Shown piece after piece: positions 54,176 to 64,000 of a stretch of DNA of 64,000 nucleotides. Source of the DNA: Neoconidiobolus thromboides FSU 785. Lineage: Eukaryota > Fungi > Entomophthoromycota. Location of the stretch: positions 124,001 to 188,000 of the forward strand of contig MU626263.1 of the NCBI GenBank assembly GCA_025603075.1, given 5' to 3'. The notes under the pieces are model-generated. The model saw only the letters and a program-made list of their open reading frames with translations, was not told where the DNA came from and searched no databases. The translations under genes and the position numbers were made by a program. Every line of letters begins with the position of its first letter. The first letter of the stretch is position 1.

Positions 54176-54278
54176 ATATGGGGATGTATTTTTTGTTTAA
54201 GAATTCTGTTGATAAATTTTCCACTCAAATAATGCTCAAAAATGGAAAAAGTAATGAAACCAAAAAGCATCCTCATAT
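54176..54278. mobile_element. MITE-like repeat copy
   Basis: ATAT-GGGGATGTATTTTTTG ... CAAAAAGCATCCTC-ATAT. Confidence 0.78.
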
Positions 54279-54289
54279 ATTTTTATTAA

Positions 54290-54700
54290 ACCTAACACGC
54301 TCCAAGTCTAGTAAAGAGAGTTTAATACAGAGCAAATAGGAGCAGCAAGAAGCTATAATAATTATTCATTCAAAGAATAGATCGGGAGTAATGGACAAAG
54401 TCGAATCACCAGTCATCGAGATAAAATATTATAGTGTAAGTAAAGGGATACACAAACTAAGCTAATCAAGTGCCAAAGCAACAAATAATAAAATATGGGT
54501 GAGGGGCACACTTAAGATAAATTCACCAAACATCAATCTAATAAAGAATGAGTGCCTCTTCACTCAAACTAAGTTAATCTAACACCAAAACAGCAAAGGA
54601 TCATAGCATAACACCAGGTACAACTGATCCAGTGCTACTTTAATAAATAATGATAGAAAGGCAGAAAAATAGTTATGATCAGGAAATTTGAATCACTAAC
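54290..54700 (-). mobile_element. Possible reverse-transcriptase relic with DIRS/LTR-like motif spacing
   Basis: The minus frame contains FAVLVLD, YFIICCFG..LA, IIFYLDDW (54409-54423) and LFTRLG, interrupted by several stops. Confidence 0.35.
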
Positions 54701-55213
54701 GTAGGTATCAAAATCAGAGGATCAACAAAACAAAAGGTATAACTAGTAGCATTGAGAGTAAAAGTTAAGGAAAGATAGAACGGTACTTTTTTTTTTGAAA
54801 AAAAATCCTGAGAATAAATATTTTGTAATCAATTTACTAATTAAATAATAGAATTTTAAATTTGATGTGAACTACAGTTTGAACTTGGAGCTAAAATGGG
54901 TTCTAAAACTAAAAAGCAAATAGATTTTTGTTTTAAATTGCTTCTACTGAGAGCTGAAGTGATTAATTTTTGGTTGTATCAAGATATTTATAGATGATAC
55001 TATGAGCCAAATGTTTGTTTGATTCTACTGAGAGATATAGGTAAGTTAATTTAAGAGATTAGTTAAATATTTAAGCTTATGAGTAAGGTGTTAAAATTGA
55101 ATTAATATTAATTTGTTGTTTAATTCGAAAATATTGAAAATAAAGATTTAAAAAATAAAACTAAAATTTGAGTAATATTTTTGATTTCCATTTGATATAC
55201 TAATAGAAAAGAA

Positions 55214-57483
55214 ATGGTAAATTATATACAGCTCAATAAGTTCAATAGAAGTAAGTAATCATATAATTTAATTTAATTTTTAAATAGTAAACAAAACTAT
55301 AGTATTTTATCGAAACATTATCCATTTAAAACAATTACCATCAAGTCTTAACACCATTTCCAATGGCAATATTGAAAAAATAACCATCAATCTTGAGGGT
55401 AAAACAAAAGAAATTTCAAAAGGTAGTAAAGGAATAGATTTGATACCAGTAAATTCTAAAGATAAAATTATCGGTTGTAAACTAAATAATGAATTTCAAA
55501 GTTTAAGAAACCCAATATCTCATCCTAACAGTAGTATCGATTTCATTTATAAAAATCAATGGAAAATATCAGAAGAAAAACTAGATAAACAAATACAAAA
55601 TAGTGTATTTACAACAGGTGGAATGGTGAGTATCTGTTCATTATTAAATTATTGTTCTTTTAAGGATAAAGTGTTGTTGTTGGATTATGGTTTAAATAAA
55701 GAGAGTGAATTATTTTTTATAGATGTAGTGTACTTTGGAAAAGAGATTAAAAATAGAAATTTGAGTTTGGAAGAGTTGTTGAAAGAGAATAAAGATGATA
55801 TTCAACTCAATTTTAATGAAGAAGAGATAAAAGAGTTGGAAAAATGCAACCAATATATATTAGATAATGGAAAATTAGAAGAGATGGGAAATGTAATGGA
55901 TAGTGAAGAGATCAAAAAAAGTATTCATAATGATAATATATACACTAATAATAATATAAATAATAATGGAAATGTTGTTAGATTATTAGATCATTATTAT
56001 TTAATAAACGAACCTATCATAAACCAAGTATCATCTATAAAAACAATTAAAATCGATAGCATAGAATTAATGCATTTACCTATTTCAGGTTATGAAACTG
56101 AACAAAAAAGGATACGAATCTATATCAAATCTTTTTTATCTTCAAAAAATGAGCAAGAATATGAAAAACAAAAAGAAATATTAAAAAAGAGAGACCATCG
56201 ATATATAGGTAAACAACAACAATTATATTTCTCGCATAAATTAAGTCCAGGAAGTACCTTTTTCCTTCCAAATGGTTTATTTATATTAAAAAAATTAAAA
56301 AATTTTATTAGAAATAAGTACAATTTATTTAATTATCAAGAAGTACAAACACCTTTATTATTTAAAAAAGAATTATTTGACATAAGTGGTCATTGGCAGA
56401 ATTATCAAAAGGATATGTTTCAAGTGAGCTCATGTTGTGGAAGTCATGAAGGGGGGGAAGAGGATGAAATTACTGGTTTGAAACCAATGAATTGCCCAGC
56501 TCATTGTTTAATTTTTGATTCAAAACCACGAATGGAATCTGATTTACCAATCAGATTAGCTGATTTTGGGACACTACATAGGTAATAATATTAGCATATA
56601 ATAATTTCATTTAATTTATATAATAAAATATAGAAATGAAGCTTCTGGAGCATTAACAGGTTTAACTCGAGTACGACAATTTCATCAAGATGATGGTCAT
56701 ATCTTTTGTACCAAAGAACAAATCAATAGTGAAATTTCCAGTACTTTAAAAATGTTGAAAGAAGTATATACAGCATTAGAATTACCCAATTATGACTTAA
56801 CCTTATCAACCCGTCCTACAGAGAACTTTATTGGTGATATAGAAACTTGGAACTCTGCCGAAACACAATTAAAACAAGCATTAGATGATACAGGTTTACC
56901 ATGGAGTGTCAAAGAAGGAGATGGTGCTTTTTATGGCCCAAAGATAGATATTATGATTAAGGATAATTATAATCGTTCACATCAAACAGCTACTATTCAA
57001 TTAGATTTTCAATTACCTAGTCGATTTAATTTAAAGTATAGAACTCAAGAAAATGAATGGAAAACACCTGTCATTGTACATCGTGCTATTTTTGGGTCTT
57101 TAGAAAGAATATTTGCTATATTAATAGAGAATTATGCTGGTCGATGGCCATTTTGGTTAAATCCAAAACAAATTATCATGTTACCTTTTAATGATAAAGA
57201 AGTGATAGAATATACAGAGGGAAAAATGAAAGTTTTGGGAAAAATGTATAAACAAAAATATTTTAGTGAGTTGAAACTGAATATTGATAATAGTAATAAA
57301 GCAATTTCATCCAAGATTAAACAAGCACAAATTGAACAGTTTAATTTCATGCTGGTAATCGGCAAGGAAGAGATGGAAAATGAAACATTGACTGTTAGAT
57401 ATAGAGATGGCAAAATAGTTAAGGGAGTGAATATGGAACAGTTTGTAGATTTGGTATTTGAATTGAATCAACCTTATTTATAA
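55214..57483 (+). CDS. MST1: Threonyl-tRNA synthetase, probably mitochondrial, 3 exons
   Basis: [77 protein letters not shown] and an anticodon-binding domain. The N-terminus is presequence-like. Confidence 0.9.
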
Positions 57484-57997
57484 GAATTAAGGGCATTTTG
57501 GTTTATTTTTAATACAAATACTTTTGTTTTATATGGAGTACTTTAAGATATTAAAATACAGTGGGAAAAAACAGAATACTAAAAATAATAAAAATAATAT
57601 AAAATAATTTTTAAAAAAAACTTGAAATCTCAATTTTATTTAAAAGTTAGTTATTTTAATATCTGTCATATAAAGCTAATATTAAAAATATTCCGGTGAT
57701 GTTTGTTTCAATATTTTTATTATTTAAATATTTATAATAGTATAAAAGAATAAAAATCAAAGTCTAACAAACTAAATTTAATCTAAAGTTTCTTTAATTA
57801 GTTTTTATTTTTAATAAAATTTTGGCTTTTTAATATTAATACTAAACATAAGATACCTTAAGATTGATTTAAGTTTTTCTATATAATTGAATAACCTAGA
57901 ATCAAATGAAATATTAAAAAGAATTATTACATCTCTCCAAGACTAATAGTGCTATGAGTTATCTTAGTTTATGGAGAATAAGAGTAATAAATTTTAC

Positions 57998-58098
57998 ATA
58001 AAGATATCTTTATTATTTAAGAATTTTACTACTGATTTTTCCACTCAAATAACGCTTAAAAAATGGAAAAAGTAATGAAATCAAAAAATACCTTCATA
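57998..58098. mobile_element. MITE-like repeat copy, followed by a more degenerate tandem remnant to about 58180
   Basis: TTTAAGAATTTTACTACTGATTTTTCCACTCAAATAACGCTTAAAAAATGGAAAAAGTAATGAAATCAAAAAATACCTTCATA. Confidence 0.7.
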
Positions 58099-58243
58099 CA
58101 AGTACTTCATTAACTCTATTTATAATTCTTTCACTCAATAATGCTTTAAAAATGAACAATTGAATGAAGTGAAAAGTATATTTTTATTTTAATCTTATTT
58201 CAACTTGAAATTTCAGTTAAAACAGGTTTACTTTTAGTATAAT

Positions 58244-58309
58244 AAAAGAAAAAGAAAAAGAAAAAGAAAAAGAAAAAGAAAAAGAAAAAGAAAAAGAAAA
58301 AAGAAAAAG
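58244..58309. repeat. (AAAAAG)n microsatellite, about 10 units
   Basis: Direct reading. Confidence 0.95.
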
Positions 58310-58461
58310 CACGATTTAGATTTAAAAATTTGCTGAATTTTTATTTAATCAATAAATAAATTAAATTAACATATAAATATTACATATAACATATACAATT
58401 CATCTACAACTCAATATCTAACTTCTTATCTTTATCTCCCCTATTTCTAATATACCTCTGT

Positions 58462-59610
58462 TTAAATGGGCAAATTAAGATTCGGTGTAGTATTATAAAA
58501 TGAATCTCTAATTGAATCTGAGCAATCAACTTTACCAATATAATATTGTGCCCATTCTTCAATACTTGCAGGAAATCCATCATTATTAAAATTTTTATGA
58601 TTTTTTGGTGGTGGATCAAACGCTTCAATTTCTTCCATTTTGTGAAGATCATGTTCAGCAATAGTATGAGTAGAACCATCCATATAAGGAAAAATAACTT
58701 CAGTATCGGAAGTATTAATTTCAGTTAATGGGTTGAGGTTAATTGGAGTAGTTGAATTAATCATTATTGGGTTATTACCACTGTTACCACCACCTTCTTT
58801 ATTACTTTGATTATAGAAATCTAAACTATTATTAAGATTATTTGAATTACTACCCTTGGCAATTTGATGTAAAAAACGGACCATCCCTTTATCATAAATA
58901 ACAAAATATAGATATACAATCCCCATTAAAGACCACATATAAGTCAAAACAATAGCATGAGGGTCATACATAATAATGAATAATGTAAATAAATTAATTA
59001 AAAACAGAATCACAGTTCGGAATATATTAGTTTCAATTATGATTTTATATAAATTATAACTTGTTGATTTATTTTGCAATTTTTTTAATTCCCTTGTATG
59101 TTGAAATAATGCTATTGTTATTGCAGTTGTTATAAATAATTCCACTATAGCATCCATAGCTACATGAATAGTTCCACTATATAATTCTTGTATAAATACA
59201 CAAGTACCATCTTCTTTAGGTGCACTAGTTGATAATACTAAATCAGAAATAGCTACTAAAGCTCGCATCACTATCAATCCTACTGAAAAAGCCAAGAATA
59301 ATTTATTTCTTCCAGTGATTACTGAAATTCGATAAATTTGAAATGTTTCCCCAGACAACATTTGTAGATGAAAAGTAACTACTGAAAATTTAGCTGCAAA
59401 CACACAACCAAAAGAACCTAGTTTTAAATATTGAACGAAATTAGCTATACTTGTTAACCAAAAGAAAGAACTAATAAGTAAGCGTGAACGGGTTATTCGA
59501 TTGTTTATAAAGATACATGAGTATAATGAATTGAAGGTGATATGTGTGGCTATGGCTACAAAACAGCCTGCAAATCCAATTGCAAAGATAGAGACTGTAT
59601 CAGATTCCAT
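58462..59610 (-). CDS. Seven-transmembrane GPCR-like protein, intronless
   Basis: Seven hydrophobic segments, a Cys at the start of TM3 (GCVFAAK) and a Cys in ECL2 (DGTCVF), and a long polar cytosolic tail. Confidence 0.75.
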   Translation of the reverse strand: MESDTVSIFAIGFAGCFVAIATHITFNSLYSCIFINNRITRSRLLISSFFWLTSIANFVQYLKLGSFGCVFAAKFSVVTFHLQMLSGETFQIYRISVITGRNKLFLAFSVGLIVMRALVAISDLVLSTSAPKEDGTCVFIQELYSGTIHVAMDAIVELFITTAITIALFQHTRELKKLQNKSTSYNLYKIIIETNIFRTVILFLINLFTLFIIMYDPHAIVLTYMWSLMGIVYLYFVIYDKGMVRFLHQIAKGSNSNNLNNSLDFYNQSNKEGGGNSGNNPIMINSTTPINLNPLTEINTSDTEVIFPYMDGSTHTIAEHDLHKMEEIEAFDPPPKNHKNFNNDGFPASIEEWAQYYIGKVDCSDSIRDSFYNTTPNLNLPI

Positions 59611-60241
59611 TGGTAAGTATTAAGGAGAATAGTATGGAGATTAAAGAAAAGTAAAGAATGATTTTTTTTGATTTTGATATAAACTTTAATAAAATAAAAT
59701 TCAATTTAGTTTAAGTTTAAATCAATTATTAGTTATACTAAATTTAGTTAAATAAAAACTGGTATATTTTATATTTTTATGGCGATTATTTAAGGGAGAA
59801 TAAATTAGTAATAATTATCAAATTGAATTTGATTTATTATTATTGTTATTATTGTTATTATTGTTTTCTTTGTTGAGTTAATTTATACTTAAAATAAATA
59901 AATAAATAAATAAATAATAAATAATTTTAAAAAAGATTAAAAAAATAAAAAAAATGAAGTTTAGTTTTATTTAAATAAGGATTTCAAATTTTAGGTGTTG
60001 AATCTAATCTTTTCTACCCCACGTTCAATCCTGGTTGACATGATTTTAATGCTTCTATTTTCAATAAAAAATTATTGTTTGCATACAGCTTTTTATGCTG
60101 GTCTCTTTTTAACTTTTTTCAATTTATTTAGTTTAAGGAGATTCAAAATGAAGATTTTTATTAAGTTTATTATTCTATAATATTGTAACAATAGTATATA
60201 ATTACTGTAACAATGAGTTAGTAAAATAGAATATATATTTC

Positions 60242-60289
60242 TATAACATTAATACTATATAACATTAATACTATATAACATTAATACTA
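60242..60289. repeat. 16-bp tandem repeat TATAACATTAATACTA x3
   Basis: Direct reading. Confidence 0.9.
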
Positions 60290-61570
60290 TACAATTATTA
60301 ATAATTCAAATCTTATTATTTTAATTCAAAACAACTTTTATTTATTTTAGTTTAAAATTAAAATTTAAAATAAATTGAAATTTTTAATTTTCCCCATAAT
60401 ATTTAATTAATTATGAAATTCTAGATTCACTTATATTGAATTAGATTCAAGTTAATAAGTTTTTCATATTTATAATTATCATTTTAAAGTATATTATATT
60501 TTTAGTTGAGTTCTAAATTATTAAGATAAAACTTGTTTTTTGTTAGGATTAGTTAGTTTTGATTTCTAAATCAAAAATTTAGAAATAAAATGAGAATATA
60601 CAAATTTTTTATTTTAGTATTTTTATTCAAACATTATAAACTCATTAATGTTTTAAATCTAATCCTTAAATGACAACACCTTCAAAAAAACTTTGGCCTT
60701 TTTTTGTCTCCTGAAATAATTAAGGGTAAGCTATAAAAAAGGGAAGCTTTTCTAATTATTAACTTGATGACATAAATTTAGACCTGTTTGAAAAGTCCGT
60801 TTTTCTACAATTGTTGCGATTCTCTTGTGACTTTATTAGCAATCATTTTTATAATCAAATTATTTACATTGTTTTTTAGATACTAACCATATATTATATA
60901 CAGAATTTTGATTTTTTTTTAAAATGTGAAAGTAATTAAGTCGCAAATGAGTTGAGTTATAATGATTATATTAAAAAAAACAGTAAGATTTAATTAATAA
61001 ATTTCAAACTAATAAAAAATAAATAGAATTTTTTTTTCATTTACTCCAATCTCATGTTATCATCCTGAAGATTATCCTATCTCTCTCCTTGGGTGCATAT
61101 GATGATGAGTATTGTGTTTGTTTTTATTACTTTCTTTGAATTACAGATTGAAAATTATTTATTTTAATTTTATTTTGTTTTTAAACAATGTCAATCTCTA
61201 TTTTTAAAAAGCCTTATGTTTTATATAACAAAAATAAATGTTAAATTTTAGCTAAAATTTTGGACAGCATTAAACATTTGTTTATCTTTAAACATAGTAA
61301 TCAATTATATTAAATAAATACTACATTCTAAGCCTTTTTTATTTAATTAGAAAAGTTCTAAAACAAAAGATTGCAGTCATGTTTTTTCTTAAATTAATAA
61401 ATTAATATAAAATATCAAGCAATTTGTATTTTAATAACAATATTTAATTTAATATTTGTTCATCAAATTATGGAGTAATTCTATTTTTATTTTAAAACAC
61501 AAAAGAAGACATAATTACTTTGCATAATATTGCCAAGCCATAGATTAATAAAAAATATAGTTAAACCAAT

Positions 61571-61670
61571 AATTGGGGGTATATTTTTTTGTTTGAATTG
61601 CTAACAATTTTTCTACCTAGATAGTACATAAAATAGGGAAGTTGATGAAACTAAAAAAACACCCCCAATT
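61571..61670. mobile_element. Divergent MITE-like repeat copy flanked by AATT on both sides
   Basis: AATT-GGGGGTATATTTTTTTG ... CTAAAAAAACACCCCC-AATT; the internal core is recognisable but diverged. Confidence 0.7.
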
Positions 61671-62220
61671 GAATAAAATCAACAATAAATTTTCAATCCT
61701 ATCATTTTCGCCTTAGGTTAAAAATAATATCGTTTGGAGCACAAATAATAATTTGAGTTTTTCTGATTACTAATAAATATAGAAAGCTCTTTTGTCATTT
61801 TAATTCTAAATATTATTATGTCTCACTTTTCCATTATATAAAACTTCAAACATATCAACAAATGATAATAATATAGATTAACTCTAATCCCAAAAAAACT
61901 TTGATTTTATTAAAGAAAAAAAGGATTTGAAAAAACAAAAGACAATGCGGATAGTAAGGATAAATTAGTTAAACTAGATAAATAAGATCAATAATAACAA
62001 TAAAATACTTGATCTTTTTTTCTGTACAAAAAACAATAACAAATAAGGTTATAAATAAATAAATAAATAAAGATTCTTAATATCAATAAGATATCTTCTT
62101 CATTTTTACATATTAATATCACACTATTAAAAATTAACTAAAATTATAATTAATACAAATCATAAATCATAATTAAATAAACTTACTTAAAATGAATTCG
62201 AAATCGCTTTAAACTTGGCG

Positions 62221-64000
62221 TCAAAAAGAAGTTAATGAAGCATAATGATAAGCTTTGGTTTTTGAATTAAACTTGATTGATTCTTTTGGAGTTTCACCAA
62301 CGGTAGGAGAAGTGAGTGCTTCACTTGGTGGTTTTGAAAAAGAATGAGGTGGAGAAAATGGCTTATTTTGTAAATTAATACGATGATGACTAGAACTTCT
62401 TGTTGGTCTTAAAAGACCTGAATCTCCACCACTTTTACTACTTACTGAGTTTAATTTACTTCTTGTTGATAAACTATTTAAGGATTCATCTAAACTTATT
62501 AACCCTCCTACTTTGATATTTAAATTTAATTTTTTCACTAATTTTTCTATTAAAAAAGAATAATTAAATTAATCATTTTCAATTATTATTATTATTATTT
62601 GAAATTTACCTTTTAATAATGTCCTTATATATTCTTGTGAGCAAACATCACATGGTGATTCATCATCATTATTTAATATATTAATTGATATATCTGGTAT
62701 TGTTATTAAATATTTAACTATACTTTCATGGCCTTCAGCAGCTGCACAATGTAGTGGTGTCCAACCTTCTCTATCTTGTGGATTAACATTAGCTCCATTT
62801 TCAATCAAATATTGACAAATAGAAATATGGTTATAACTTGAAGCTAAATGAAGTAAAGATAATTTAGAATACGATGTATGAGTATCAAACACATTTTCTA
62901 TTCCTTCATTATAAATCATTTGTTGATTAGTTGGATTTTCTAATGTCAATTTAAGTTGAAAATAATCTCCTGATCGTGCACAATCAAGTGCCAATGTCTT
63001 TGGATCAAATATGACTCGCTTCTTTTTCATTTCAGTATTCTTTAAACATGACTTGATTATTTTTTCCGTTTTATTATTTATTTCTTCATCTGAATTTGAA
63101 TTTGAACTGATTGGTATTGGTGTACCAAGTGAATGTGCTCTTATTAAAATTTGATCCATCGGTGTATCCTTTTTATCTTTATTCTTCATATTCATACTTT
63201 CAATTATGGATGCTATCTTGTTCCCCCTTAAATCAATACTACTTAAACTTTCACTTGATTTTTTATGTAATATAGCTTTAGATCTTGTTAACGGTGAATT
63301 CACTTCGGGTATTTTAGTAAATATTGGTTCGAATCGTCTTATTTCCCTTCTAGAAATGGAACTACCGTCAACGGATAACGACCTACGAATCGGGTATCGA
63401 ACAACTAAGATTCATTTTAATTACATTTTTTACATAATAATGAACAATTTGATTTTACCTTCTTTAATATTTAAAAATAATGCTCTTGTTTTATCATCAT
63501 CTGCACAATCAACCGCTTTATATTTCCTTTCGTTTCTTTTGTTAGTATTTGCCCCTAACTCAATTAACCTTTTTACTAAATCAGCCATGCCCATAAAACT
63601 AGCTAAATGTAAAATGGTATTTCCAGAACCCCAAACTTTAGACATAAACTCATATAATACTTTTTTTGTTGACATAATTTCGGATTGTTTGGCTATATAA
63701 TTAATAATATCAATAGCCATATCCTCTTCACCAAGCATACAAGTAGTTTGTATAGCATTTAAATTACTTACAATTGGACCTAAAAGTTCAGCTGCATCCA
63801 TAAGGATGTCGTTATCATGTTTAAAATAATTATCATGGTTGGGATAAGTAAAAGTCACTAAAACTTGTAATATTAAACTGGGATTATGATTCGATAATAC
63901 TTTGCTTAATTTCATTCTGTTTTCACTACAAATGGCATCGAATAAATCTTTTTGAATTGATGTTATTGCTTCCCATCGATCTACTTCTGGTTCTTCAAAA
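62221..64000 (-). CDS. Ankyrin-repeat protein with an RVxF PP1-docking motif (MYPT/ASPP-like architecture); 5' end lies outside the window
   Basis: Ankyrin repeats GNTILHLASFMG, LLHLASSYNH and GWTPLHCAAAEGH. KKRVIFDPKTLALDCARSGD lies directly before the second ankyrin block. Ser-rich tail. Confidence 0.8.

Noticed and set aside
63326-63335. GGTTCGAATC T-loop-like motif suggesting a tRNA
   Set aside because: It lies within the ankyrin gene exon on the opposite strand, with no cloverleaf or A-box around it.

Overview
Very AT-rich, intron-rich eukaryotic DNA with short GT-AG introns (about 45-70 nt, CTAAY-type branch points) and the standard genetic code. Gene content and style suggest an early-diverging fungus, possibly Zoopagomycota/Entomophthorales-like; this is inference only. 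I can assemble about 23 protein-coding genes. Mitochondrial: uS10m and mS23 (head-to-head), uL4m, COA1, organellar-type ThrRS. RNA and chromatin metabolism: PsuG-PfkB pseudouridine-catabolism fusion, DBP9, SF3A2, EDC3, a Gemin5-like WD40/TPR protein, TSR2, NUG1, SPT16, RPA3. Others: PIG-A, guanylate kinase, an alpha-arrestin, a 7TM receptor-like protein, an RVxF-ankyrin protein and one unassigned coiled-coil gene. Two non-housekeeping systems stand out. (1) A local family of FAXDC2-like fatty-acid-hydroxylase/sterol-oxidase genes, three intact plus one pseudogene, with a 198-bp perfectly identical tract between two inverted paralogs (probable gene conversion) and a shared His-to-Thr change in the YAHPxE motif. 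(2) A ~105-bp fold-back, MITE-like repeat with GGGG...CCCC terminal inverted repeats and apparent 4-bp ATAT/AATT target duplications, present about 18 times including partial copies, always intergenic. Several degenerate retroelement relics are also visible. No rRNA, tRNA or CRISPR array was found. Exon boundaries were inferred by eye and may be off by a few bases.
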